A stretch of 64,000 nt of DNA from Octopus vulgaris (lineage: Eukaryota): contig OX597825.1 in assembly GCA_951406725.2 (NCBI GenBank), positions 40,796,001 through 40,860,000 of the forward strand. The letters run 5' to 3'. A program made the position numbers and the translations under genes. Below, piece after piece: positions 51,836-64,000 of the stretch. The notes beneath the pieces are model-generated. The model did not search any database. It saw only the letters and a program-made list of their open reading frames with translations, and was not told where the DNA came from. Each line of letters opens with the position of its first letter. Positions within the stretch are counted from its first letter, which is position 1.

Positions 51836-52045
51836 ATTCTTTTACTTGTTTCACTCATTTCACGGTGGCCATACTGGAGCGCCACCCTTTCGTCGAAGAT
51901 ATTGAACCCTATATTTATTCCCTGTAAGCCTGGTGCATATTCTATCACTTGTGAACAGCTGAGTTACAGGGATGCAAACACACCAACATTGTTTTATCAA
52001 GTAATGGTGGTGGTGGTGAGGCAAACACAGACAAATACGCACACA
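51836..52045 (-). mobile_element. SINE family A, diverged 3' half
   Basis: TTCTTTTACTTGTTTCA..GGCCATACTGGAGCGCCACC..GTAAGCCTGGT. Confidence 0.7.
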
Positions 52046-52094
52046 TCAATATATACATATATGCAAAATAACAATAAATAATATATATGCATAT

Positions 52095-52716
52095 ATGGGT
52101 ACAGGACGTCAACAACCGTACAGGACGTCAACAACATGAAATCCGTAAACAAACGAGTTAAATACGTAAACAAAGAGAGAGAAAATGGAAAGCAGGATAA
52201 GTAAGCACAGAGAAAGGACCACTCATGAGTTGTCGGTTGTTTATGGACTGCTTATTTCGAGTATTCAACGACAATGTGAGTCTTCAAAAGACAGTTGCTC
52301 CCATAAATTCTAAAATAAAATTTAGGATATATAAAGGGTCAAACTTAGGAACAAAAATAGGACAGTGGCGACATACATGGATACCGAACGAAAACAAAAA
52401 TGGAGGATCGTTAGACCTGAACGAGCGGAAAATAGTGAGCGCTGAGAGAAATATTTTAGATTTTCTTTGGAAAGTGAAAATATAGAAGAGAGAGATAGAG
52501 GACGTCCGTGATATATATATATATATGTATGTATGTATGTATGTATATGTATATATGGGTACAGGACATCAACAACTGTGCAAACAACATGAAATACGTA
52601 AACAACGAGAGAGAATATGTTAAACAGGGCAAGTAAATACAGAGAAAGGACCCTTCATAAGTTGTCGGCTATCTATTTACACTTCATTTCGAGCATTCAT
52701 GGACAATATGAGTCAT
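52095..52716 (-). repeat. Repeat family F1: two partial tandem copies (52095-52510, 52555-52716)
   Basis: On the plus strand both begin ATGGGTACAGGAC and share CAGAGAAAGGACC..AGTTGTCGG..ATTTCGAG.ATTCA..GACAAT.TGAGTC; reverse complement of 8345-8545. Confidence 0.7.
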
Positions 52717-52725
52717 ATTTATATA

Positions 52726-52852
<127 letters not shown>

Positions 52853-53555
52853 CACGGTCTTGGAGGTGATAGTGATGCTTGCTGGTGCGATTTTGTGGGT
52901 TGCTGGTATGCCGAGAGAGATCTAGCTTTGATTCTTACATTTTCTAAGTACATCTGCCTTTGCTCTTGACTTATGTGTTCTCTTTTCTGTTGATCACTAT
53001 CTCTCTTATTTTGTAAATACACTTCCCTTTGGTCTTGGCTTATTTGTTCTAATCTTTGCTGATTTCTTTCCCTCCTATGCCGTATGTTACACTCCCTTTA
53101 CTTTTGGTTTATTTTGTTTCTGCTGTGTCTCATCCTCGTACGATTTTGATTCCTTATTTCCAAACGTTATTTCTCGCGCCACTGTTCTCTCCTGCTACGC
53201 TGATGCTTTCGTGGTGCGTCTCTCATGCGATTATCCATATTTAAAATTTGTTATTGAAAGAATAAATCTCCAAAATGATTCAGAATGTTTCAATTGAAAA
53301 ACACATACGAATGTATTAGACATTTTTTGTTTAAAAGGTGAAAATATTTCTAAAATACTCACCTAATATGCAATGTCAGAGTATGTAGGAAACGGTAATT
53401 AATTATATTGTAGGAATGGAAAAAGTAAAGGGAAAAATAGAATCAATATTTTTGATTTTGTTCGGTTCTATGAAGTCAATTCTTATAAATTCTTTCATCA
53501 ATTGCTTGATACAAGAAAAAAGAAATTGAAAAAGTCCTGACCAAAACAGAAATTC

Positions 53556-53679
53556 TAACATAATAAAAAATATACAAAGAGAAAGTTGCGCTTATTTCCA
53601 CCAGGTGACACTTATTATAACATAATAAAAAATATACAAAGAGAAAGTTGCGCTTATTTCCACCAGGTGGCACTTATTA
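53556..53679. repeat. 62-bp tandem duplication (1 mismatch)
   Basis: Unit TAACATAATAAAAAATATACAAAGAGAAAGTTGCGCTTATTTCCACCAGGTG(A/G)CACTTATTA starts at 53556 and 53618. Confidence 0.9.
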
Positions 53680-54042
53680 TAACACACACACATATATTCG
53701 TGTATATATATGTTTGTGTGTGTGTCTTTTAGTTTTTGTTTACTTATACATATCCACAAATGAGCCAGTTGAACAACTCTGTGTGGTTGTTCAATTTGCT
53801 AGAAACAACAGACAAATCTCTCTCATACTATGCTCTTGTTAGCATTAAGGAAAGGGAAAACAGAATTAATACTTTCGCTTTTGTTCGGTTCTATAAATTT
53901 AATTTTTTTTAAATGCGTTCGTTCATTACTTGTTACAAGAAAAAAGAAACTGGAAAAATCCTGACCAAAACAAAGAAATTGTAACTTAACAATATATATA
54001 CATATATGTGTGTGTGTATATATGTGTACGTATGTATATATG

Positions 54043-54109
<67 letters not shown>

Positions 54110-54266
54110 GTATGAACGTATATGCATGTATATGTGTATGTATGTATATATATAATATATATATATGTATATGTATGTATGTATATAATATATATATATA
54201 TGTATGTGTATATACATATAAATATATATGTATATATATACATATATAAATATATATATATGTATG

Positions 54267-54344
<78 letters not shown>

Positions 54345-54345
<1 letters not shown>

Positions 54346-54895
54346 GTATGTGTAATTTTCAATGTGTACAAATAACACGTAATGCATGAATAAATAGTTA
54401 CCAGGGTAGCAAAAATTTCATATAAGTATCAAGGTTGCTACTACTTAAAAGGTTAAAAATTCCAGGGCTTAGTGAAATGTTTTTGACTAACTGATAAATA
54501 AAGAAATGGAGTTAAACGCAGATGTTATTCGAATCTTTATATTTCAGATATATGTTTCGAAGAAAACATTGGTATTGTTCTAGAGGGAATAAAATGGTGT
54601 AAAACAATGTGATCTTTTCATCGGGGAATAAAGTGAAACAACATCAATAAGCCATTTTACCCGAATGTGACGATTGCGTATATGATGAAGTGAACGCTTG
54701 TAAGTTTTTTTTATTAAAATAACTTGCCAGCGTTCCCTTCATCATATTGATGTTTCTCTTTTTTTTCGCTGATGAGAAGATCGCATTGTATTACATCATT
54801 TTATTCCCGCTTGAATAATACCAATGTTTTCTTCGAAACATATGTCTGAAGTATAAAGATTTGAATAACACCTGCGTTTTACTCCATTTCTTTAT
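54345..54895. mobile_element. Head-to-head Penelope-like pseudo-LTR pair
   Basis: ~54497-54650 is the reverse complement of ~54745-54895. Each arm spans a hammerhead; the left arm runs into (TA)n. Confidence 0.7.
54765..54850 (+). ncRNA. Type I hammerhead ribozyme, intact core, long helix II
   Basis: Helix I TTCG/TGAA; CTGATGA(54769-75); helix II GAAGA/TCTTC, GCATTG/CAATGT, TATTA/TAATA; GAAA(54835-38); palindromic helix III ACATATGT; canonical GUC cleavage after 54846. Confidence 0.87.
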
Positions 54896-54939
54896 ATATA
54901 CATATGACGGACTAACCCGTCGGTTTCGACGTATGAGAA

Positions 54940-55480
54940 TCCGACAACGTACTCTTTCTTTGACACTTATAATGCTTGTGTTAAATGGGACATTTAAGTC
55001 CCACCAGCGATTTGAAAAGGTCACAAATGTTGCAAGTTTGAGGATTACATGTAGGCGGTATATTTTCAACCGTTTTTCTCCTTTGCCTTGCATCCCGAAG
55101 CCTGTTAATGTTGGTTGCAACGAAATTTTTAATACCATTTTGACACAATAATCTCCATTTTGTTCGTACCAAGGCTGTTCGATCAAAGGTGTTGTGAGCT
55201 CTCTTCATCACTAAGAGGTTACATTTCAGCTTGTCCTCATATCTGAGCCATGTTCGATAAACATTCTTCTTTCCTCTCTCAAGCTGGCTGTGCATGAGGA
55301 CTTCAAGTATTCTTTCGTCACTCATTCTGATTGTATAAGGAAGTTCTCAATTCCACTAATCGTACACTTGCTAAACAAGTCGACATTAGAAACTTTGTCT
55401 TTTAGTGAATGACCGCAGATTGTCCTCAGACAGTCCTTGTGAAATTGCACCACAATTATTTTGTACAGCATCTCACCTGC
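54940..55480 (-). mobile_element. RTE-BovB-like LINE 3' coding remnant with C-terminal C2H2-like finger
   Basis: QFHKDCLRTICG..DKVSN; MSDERI..SQLERGK..RYEDKLK..WR..G..F..RQRRK..CNIC.LFKSLVGL. Confidence 0.8.
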
Positions 55481-58400
55481 AAGGTACCGCTACATAAAGG
55501 GTCAAAATGATCGTAGTAGATACAGAGTTGCTTGAGGCACAAAGGAATTCCTGACAGAAATCCAGTGGCACACACCTCGATACTATTCATGACATCAGGT
55601 AGTCGAAAGCTAAGAACGGGCTTTAAATGATATACTATTAGGGAAATACACGAATATGAAATTATTACAAACGCACACACACGCAGATAGATAGATATTC
55701 AGCATTATACCTCACTTTCTCCTTCTCTCTCCTTTACTCTCCCCTTATCACTCATCGTTCAGTTTGTATGTAACTATACATACACACATATAAGTATGTT
55801 TATACATATGTACGTATGTACATATGTATATATACATGTGTGTGTACGGATGCATGGATGAATAGATATCTTTTTCCCTTGTCTCTCGAACTGGATCTAC
55901 CATTCCTTTCAAGTATTTCTTTAGTTCTTTAAATAAGACTTGCTCAGTCCCGTGAAAAATTAGCAAAAAAACATTCACCAAGGGATTTTGAAAGAAGTCA
56001 CAACACTGGCAGAATCTCTTTTCAGATCCTTAAATTTAGACAAAAAAGGCCTGCTGGCGACAAAAAATCAGCATCAATCCTACCTCAATATGTTCTTACG
56101 TCGAGAAAAGCAAAACCCCTCATGACTAAATATTTTTCACAAAAGCTAGAACCAAGCAGAAGGCAACTGAGAAAAATATTATTATTGATGCAGTCAGTAT
56201 TTTAATGACCAGACTAAAATTTTCTGCTAATTAAAAATATGAGACTTCATCCGAATGACAACAGCATTTACTTCAGTCAACTTATTAAACTCTATTCATT
56301 TACTCAGCTAGCATAGATTATTCTTTTTTTTTTTACAATAGTGGTAATACGTTAGTTAGAAGTAGGCAGAATTAAAAACGTGGAAAGTTGAATGAGAGTC
56401 AAATGCCTCTTTAAAATACTGATGCATGCCTCCAGAACGGTACGACTGTATTTCCTTTCAGTAACATTTTTCGGAATTCAATTCATAACTGAATTGAGCT
56501 CTATACCTATAGTAAAAACAGTGTAATGAATTTGTAATTACTTTATCTAAATCCAGCCCCCTATTAGGGAAGGTGTATGATTCCTTGTAGAAATGCTGCA
56601 ACAACTGAGAGCAGAATGTTGCAAAAGCATTGCAGTCGATACCAGGTCCTTTGCTATACGTTGGTGCCTGGAGGTGCTTCAGAATTTTTTGGCTAGGCGC
56701 TAATTTGGATTATGGGAAGATTTTTGTAAGCTATCTTTTCTAATTCCGAGTGTTACCGTTGAATAGTGAAGGGGCACCCCTTTAGCGACGAATATGGCAG
56801 CTACCATGACATTATATTCAAACGCATGGGATCTAGTATTCAAACGCATGGGGTCTAGTAATACTTTACTCAATGTCTCCTGTATTTCTTAAGACTAGAG
56901 TGTGATCTCACAGGACCGTATCAGTCCGAACGACTACTTACAGTCTTCCTCAGAATATATTGACAATTAAATCTGGTTTTGCTTCAATACAGAAGAAATA
57001 ATTATTATTATGTAAATAGTCACATTGCTTCTAGAAGAGCATCCTTGTTTGTCTGGTACAATTTACTAGAAATGATATTTATAAAATATCCAAACTCTTT
57101 TAATGCTATTTAGCTGCAAATAAGTTTTTAAAGAACAGATTGTTTACACCTTATGAAATTATTGTACGTAGCGGAGTAGTAATCATGATAACTAAACACA
57201 GCACTTTAAATTAACAATTCGAAAGTCAATTTAATCACACTCTCAAATTTTGCCGGCTCTTTGTAAGTATAGAAGAATCCAGCTTTTGTCAGAAGGTTTC
57301 AGTGACAGAAAGCAATGCATCTAATTTTATGTTATTTTTTAAAATAAGGCCTAATCTCAAGCTGAAGAATTCAGTAGTGAAGCAACTCAAAGGTTACATT
57401 GATATTAACTGTATTATGCTTATTATTTACTTGCAACGGGGTTGGTGCTTATCTGAGCTTAGACTTGATTGATCAATGGACTTTCAACAATACATATATC
57501 TCGCATATATAGAACTAACAGCCAATATATTGTTCTCTTTTTAAGACGTTACATTGTGATTCAATGGGATTTATTATATAATCCTATGGTTCATAGCAAC
57601 AGCGCAGAAGCTCTCTTGTGTTTATTATTTAACATGAAGAGATAGTACTTATAGCCTTGTTGATTCTTCATGCTAATTTGATACGATAACCTGGATGAGG
57701 TTAATAATGATTTCTTACTTTACTACAAGGCCATAAATATTAAAGAACGGAGTTATGCATAGTTGCTTTAAGTGTAATCCCAAGCAGGTAGGTAATTATT
57801 TTATCGACCCAGGAGTGCAAAAAAGCAAAGTAAACTACAGAAATATTTGAGCTCTCAACCAAGTAATATAATTATATCCTGAAAGGTATTTATTCTCATA
57901 CTCTTGCTTCTGCACCTCGGGGAGAAAGTTTCTGTGTGGTCAGTCGATGAGGAAATATCAGCCAAATCTCATACAATTGACTGTCTATAAAGACTAGGGA
58001 AAAGAAAACGTCAGATGCGGTAGATACTTGCAGTAATGTGAAAAAACCAAGCAAAACAAAAAAGAAAGGCTGATCACGGGTGTGATACCTTTGTTCTTAG
58101 GTCTGTTGGAACAGTTTTGCCCTGGATTGAAACAGTAATTATGTTAACGTTATTAATATTTAGTTAGAGTTATAACGGTTTTATTGAAGTTGCAACGTAC
58201 GCAGAGTGTGTGTGAGAACTATTTAATACAACTTTCAAATGATGCACTTCAACTATGACGAAATTTTGTTAGTTTGCAGAATTGTGTTAAATTCCTCCCA
58301 TGGGCCTTGGGGCTATAATAAACCATACCAGTGCATTCCTTTTAAAATTATTAGAGTTACCAGAATATTCGCTTTAGGTCCTATTAACACTAAAGAAATA

Positions 58401-60989
58401 ACATAACTAAGATAACTACAGGAATTAAATTCTCATTTTCATGTTGTTCTTTCTACATATTTTTCTCTAATTCTATATTTATACTTTTACTTCAGTTTGG
58501 TGTTTCCCTGAATGTAATAATTTGTGTTGTCATAGAGAAAACAGTTATACCTAGGTCTTACCATATATCAACTGCTCAATTAATATTGATTTGTCTCAAC
58601 ATAAAAGCTCTATATTTTAAGAAAAGAAAAGTGTGTTGTGAATGATATTGTTAGTATAATTGAATCGAAACCTTATCATAGTCTCAATTTGCCAGTGGTT
58701 TACATTTTCAATATTACTTTCGCCTTATGGTTTTGATAAATTCGTTTGCTAATATCGGCTGAAAAAAATTCAATAAACAGAGGAAGGAAATAAATGATTT
58801 ACTCACAATATTTTGAAGATGCTTTTCATAGTCTCTCTGTAGATGAAGAAGGCGAATATGACAAAAGAAGAAAAACTAAACATTTATTTCACTACTTTTC
58901 TAGCAACATCTTTTCATATGCCTTGCTTTTCTTAGGCATTCAGTTTCGATACTCACTGCTAATTACAACTGTGGAGAAACAGATACAATTGCACTCCTTC
59001 CGAGCTTCCTCCCCCTAGTCAGTCAATTGTCCAGGTTTTATATGTGCAGAATGACAGTCCTTAAGAAATTATAGCAAAGGTTTCAGATTCGTCAGTTACG
59101 TTCACCCTGTTTTAGTTGTCAACAAATACCGTTGCCAAGAAAACGTGTAGATAGTTCATGGGGCCCCAGGTTCGAGCCAGTGGCAACAGAGCAGTTCTTT
59201 TTTATCCCGTTACAAACGTCTATTATCAACGTTCTTTATTTTATTATTTTTATCAAAAATATCAATAGTGTCTGGCCACAAAATTTCTATGATAATTCTA
59301 GGGAAATTTAATGCAATGTAGCATATATCCCATAAACATGTTAAACTATAAATACACAAATAGTAGCATTTGCCTTTACTCGGTCTATTAAGTGAAGTCA
59401 AATTTGCAGAGTCCTTTCGTCTTTAGTTAATTTCCATAGGAAAATTTCAACTCTGCACAACATATAAATAACTCGTTGGTGATAAAGTGTTGCCGTTCTT
59501 TGTAGCATACACCATACCATAAACCGGGATTATGTTATATTACTTTATGATGAATAGGAAATAAATACTGTGAGATATTGCAGTTTATCCTGTGAACCTT
59601 TTGCTATATTGTCTGGAGGAAAATGCTGTGTACATGAACTTCGCATATGCTGCGAGACTGGTAAGAATCATACGGTTAACCTTCCTCTAGTATTTCGATG
59701 GCTTCAACAAAAATGGACTTAGATTCCTAACTTCAGTGAACCGAATTGCTGCAGAAGAATGACCGGGCCTTTTGGATATTATACACCTTCAATGATGGGC
59801 AGAATAATGGTGACGTGATGAATAGCCATGTGTGATATGAGGTGTCTAACTGAAAGTTGCACTGTACAAGCTAGATCGAAGAAGCAAAGGCTACTGTAGT
59901 AGTGATAGAAAACGGTAAGAAGATACATCATAGTGCTAATTATAGGCATTATTCGACTAATTGACACTTTATTAATCTAACCAGGTTTGAATAAATTCAA
60001 CGTAGTTCTATATAAGTTTTGAACTGTAAATTTCAGTAATTATAGTCAGAAATAATTTGTTCCAGAAAGATCGTTAAAAAGAAATTTCATGTAATTTGTG
60101 TTATATAATATTTTTTAATTAGTCGATTTGTACATTTAAACTGAAAACTAACTGAAAAGTTGTGCATGGTCATTCTACTGTGTTAATTTGTCTGAAGAGA
60201 AAATTATTTCAGGTTTTATCAGACACTAGATATTCACTGGTGGTCAATTCCTCTTTTTATCTCGGTCAAAATTAAATTAAAGATTTTATAGCATCATTTG
60301 TATAAATTAGTTTTATTATTAACAGTCACAAGTGTTAGCATTATCTTCTGCTATAATTCGTTTTAATTTCATATAGCATCATTAATTGTGTTAAGATTTA
60401 AACTTTTCTTTAAACCCTTGGCAGAATAGATGTTTCTTTTATAGCTTTCGTTATACTTATGGGTGGTGTTTATTGCAAATATTTCTAGATGGTTTTCATA
60501 GAACTCACCAGAGGTTGTTTTGTGACTTTTTTATTCTTTAATACCAAGATGTTTCAGTTGAAGATTATATTATAATAGCTATTGAAGACTTTTATCTGAA
60601 ATGTTAATTAGGCACTGCTATGAGATTTCAAAAATAACTTATACTCTTTCTCATATTTTCCCATGTTCATGATTTTCCTATATATGTAAAATGGCTGTAA
60701 GAGAAGAGTAGCAAATCTAAATCAGAACCGTGAGTTTATTTCACACCATAATCATTTGCTTCTATTTCTGAGCAATACAATTTAAATGGAATAGTTCACA
60801 AGAAACGTTACTTCAAAAATACTGTCGCCTTAACCAGTGGAAGATATATTTTAAATCTGATAAGCACTAGTGATGTAGATCAGCACATAGTTATACAACA
60901 CATAGGCCAGATAAGAATATATGTGTGCGTGTGTGTGTGTGCGTGTGTGTGTGCGTGCGTATGTACATGATATAACTGTATGTAGATAT

Positions 60990-62340
60990 CATTTTACATA
61001 CAATTTGACTGCCTCATACCGTTCACCAGCTATCTACAAGAGATCGCATCACTTTCAGCGCCTAGTGATTGTATCGCCCAGTCCGGCAGTACTGGGCAGC
61101 CAGGTAATTTTAGTCCACTCAATCTCATGCTGTTTTCGTCACTTTCCGGTATCGGGGAAGCTTTAACATCACTGTAACCACTTCAAAAATGCAGCAACTA
61201 CCGTAATTAGTTGAATTTCACCACTTGATATTCTACTCCACAAGATGCATAACATGACACTTTAGTTCACATCATCAAATGCTTTGGGGAAATTCGCAAA
61301 TACAATTTCTGCCTTTTACTTCAAAGATTTTGAGCTTCTTTGAATTTTTTTAATGACAAGGATCTACAGTTATGTTGATCTCCTTTTGCTGAAGCTGTTT
61401 CGGTTCACGTGAAGAATGGGATCAGTATGAGGCGAAGTTCTAATTAGGAGGCATAGTGATTTTGGTCTGTGAGAGTAAATGTGAAAGAATAACACGTCTA
61501 CAATTTTGAGGCAAGTGAAGATCACTTTTCATTGAAAGTGGCATAATTCTAGACTTCGAGAAGGCTGTTACTTTATTTCCTTTATATGTTTCATTTCAGA
61601 GGTGCAAAAGATGTTTACGGTGGAGTACGTTCTTCTAGATGATATCAGGGATATGATACTTCTAACCAACTTTAGACATTTTGAAACGCTCTATGTTAAA
61701 CGGACAAATCAGAATCGTCAAGTTATCTACAACCTTGTGGTTGAAGAAGTATTGTCGACAAATTTAGCTTGGCGTAGATCTGTTCTATTAAGGGGTCATC
61801 AGAAATGTTTGGTCCATGGAGATAATCGCAAGTCAGTGCTTTCCTTACGATGTAAATAACTGGAAAGGCTCTTCTTCACAGTTATCCAAGTGACCGTCCA
61901 TTTGTTTACGTTGTAGAAGTTGTCCGTTCTTTCGTTTGGAAGTTGATGAGTGCCTCTATTGCTTCCTTTTACATTTCACCAAGTGGGCTGAATCACGTTT
62001 ATTTTCAATTTATCTTACAGACCTAAATTGATATTTCTGAGCTACGCATTCTCAAGACTCACTCTCTGTATCTTGTTGCCATTACATTGGAGACCAAGAT
62101 TAGTATCTCATTTCTCCTCTCTTGAAACATTGTCACGCTTATGTCGGCTTGAAATGTTACATACAATACAACTTTTCTTTTCTTCATGAATATCAGAGAG
62201 TGATCAAACAGTAATCTTCTGTATCTGCAAGCTCGTCGCACAGATTCATATCTTCTAATCGGAACAAGGAGGTTTCATAGAACGTTTTGTGAGTAGTAGT
62301 TGCCATAAGGAACCTAATATCTATATGAAAAACGTTTTGT
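60990..62340 (-). mobile_element. Old degraded RTE-like LINE RT remnant
   Basis: Minus-strand NRNSFSKRRST..IL and IVFANFPKAFDDV resemble the QNGFR..RST and FVDF.KAFDSV motifs. Boundaries approximate. Confidence 0.5.
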
Positions 62341-62487
62341 GTCACATTTAGCACATTTAGAAGTGTTGCTGGCACTTAAATTTCAAATGTAATTAACTCA
62401 CTTCGTACTAAATGGAGTCTAAATCGACTAACCTGGAAACTGTATCACTTTGTACAACTACAGTAGGCACAGGATTCGTAAGTTATC

Positions 62488-62822
62488 TGAGACGCCCTTC
62501 GGTCACGACACAGACCATGGGATTGCACCTAGAAAGTTACCCTCCCAGGCACAAGTCCGGGCAAGTTTGTTTTTTATGGAAGACCAACAGTCGTCCATGC
62601 ATACCGGCCTCCCCTCTCCATGCCACCAGTGTTATCCAAGGCAACAGCAGATACAGTTTGGCACCTGTGTCGTCGCAACTCATTTCTACAGCTGAGTGAA
62701 CTGGAGCAACGTGAAATAAAGTGTCTTGCTCAAGAACACGACATGCAGCGCGGTCCAGGATTCGAGCTTACAACCTCACGATCGTAAGCTCGACGCTCTA
62801 ACCTCTGAGCCATGCGCCTTCA
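62488..62822 (-). mobile_element. tRNA-derived SINE family C, full length
   Basis: Minus strand GGCGCATGGCTCAGAGGTTAGAGCG (A box), GCTCGAATCCTGG (B box), GTGTTCTTGAGCAAGACACTTTATTTCACGTTGCTCCAGTTCACTCAGCTGTAGAAATGAGT core. Confidence 0.85.
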
Positions 62823-64000
62823 CATAAGTTATATATAGCAAGATTTATTCCAAGACGATATCGTGTCCAATAACTCATCTCAATAATATGCTTTGTTAGA
62901 CGTCATTGAAAATTATCCTCAATCTAAAACTAAGGATGACAATTATCATTGTCTTAAAGAGATTATTGAAAGAAAAAAGTCGTACAATTCAAAATCGCTA
63001 GGGACAAGCCAAAGCCAAGAAAATCCAAATTTTTTCCGAACAACATCGTCTGTGAGGCTTCAATTTTCCTGTCAGTGCTCGTACCGTGCATGGGTCTTTT
63101 AGTACTCAACATATGTCAATGAAGTTTAAAGACTACAATATTGTGTCAGATAGCAAAGCAGACTTGAAATGTTTGACTGAATATTTCAACAACTAACTGG
63201 ATATATTATAAACAAGCATTAATAGGTGTCGTGGTGATATTTGTACATTCCCCAAGAAGCCATGGGTGTAAACATCTCGAAAGACATTGATTTGTCCAGA
63301 AACTACCAGTACAGTCCTGAAGCCCTGTATTAGTAGCAACAAGACTATTCTGTATTATAATGTCTTTCATGAGTTTGCTATTTCTATTAGGATTTGTGTT
63401 AAAAGAGAAAGAATCAAAATGTAGACTCTAAATGAACTGCAAAATTCCAACGCCGATAGTTTCATAAAGAAATGCATAACAGAGTTCGTTGTATGAGAAT
63501 TCTCCTGTCACAATCGATCTGTTACCTAATAAAAAGAAGATTGAGTAAGTGAGCATTAGTCTGTATGAAAGTCGCTTGTCCGTTTAGTTCAACAATGGCA
63601 CGCAACTCAAGGAAGATTAGGTCATAAAATTTAAGCCCTACCAAGCCAATGAAAGACAAAAACGTCAGGTGCGATGTAATAACACATGTATTGGTTGCAT
63701 CCGTTGGCAATAGAGATCATATTCGAGGACTACTCAGTCGTGCACACATCGTTTCTCTAGCAGGAATTCAGTGCATCGGACAAATGAATTTTCATCTTAG
63801 TGATTGTTTGATAGTTAACTGCAGAAGCAATTCAATAGCACACTACACTTGTTAAGAATATGTTGAATATCTTAGATGAGCGATTACGCAGACTTCTTAA
63901 CATTTATAGTTTAATCTTTCTTTTCCCAAGTAATATCCTATGATTATAAGATGTCTTATTTCTGGATATATATACATAGGACTAGTCTAAATTATTCTCC

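Noticed and set aside
56540-60000. Faint RLE-like (56.6-56.9 kb) and APE-like (59.5-60 kb) peptide resemblances, and a 22-bp tandem repeat at 56815-56858
   Set aside because: Motifs are too degraded to call by eye; needs a profile search.
62830-63800. Possible ancient plus-strand LINE RT remnant
   Set aside because: No unambiguous RT motif could be read.

Overview
Repeat-dense, AT-rich animal genomic DNA. The tRNA-derived SINE families, RTE LINEs and very abundant (TA)n/(CA)n/(GATA)n/(ATT)n microsatellites point to an octopus or other cephalopod; this is an inference, not a database hit. I can support no intact host gene, and nearly all listed ORFs are microsatellite or antisense artefacts. 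Decayed mobile DNA includes two full-length mariners with TIRs and TA TSDs, two rosa/DD41D-type Tc1/mariner remnants, two MITEs, an RTE LINE with a PHD finger inside its RT, a CR1-group LINE, a HERO-type RLE retrotransposon 3' end, about 15 SINE copies and a U6 fragment. The main signal is a set of type I hammerhead ribozyme motifs at seven separate loci. Two have perfect cores (9472-9527, 54765-54850) and a third has an intact core but weak helix I (23839-23884). Helix III is palindromic in all (near-palindromic at 20.4 kb). Most lie in short, often inverted-repeat insertions beside (TA)n tracts, and one follows a Penelope-like RT fragment. Separately, the 3' UTR of the HERO-type element carries the three hammerhead core strands in a non-canonical order (40307-40352); this is the most novel candidate but is speculative.
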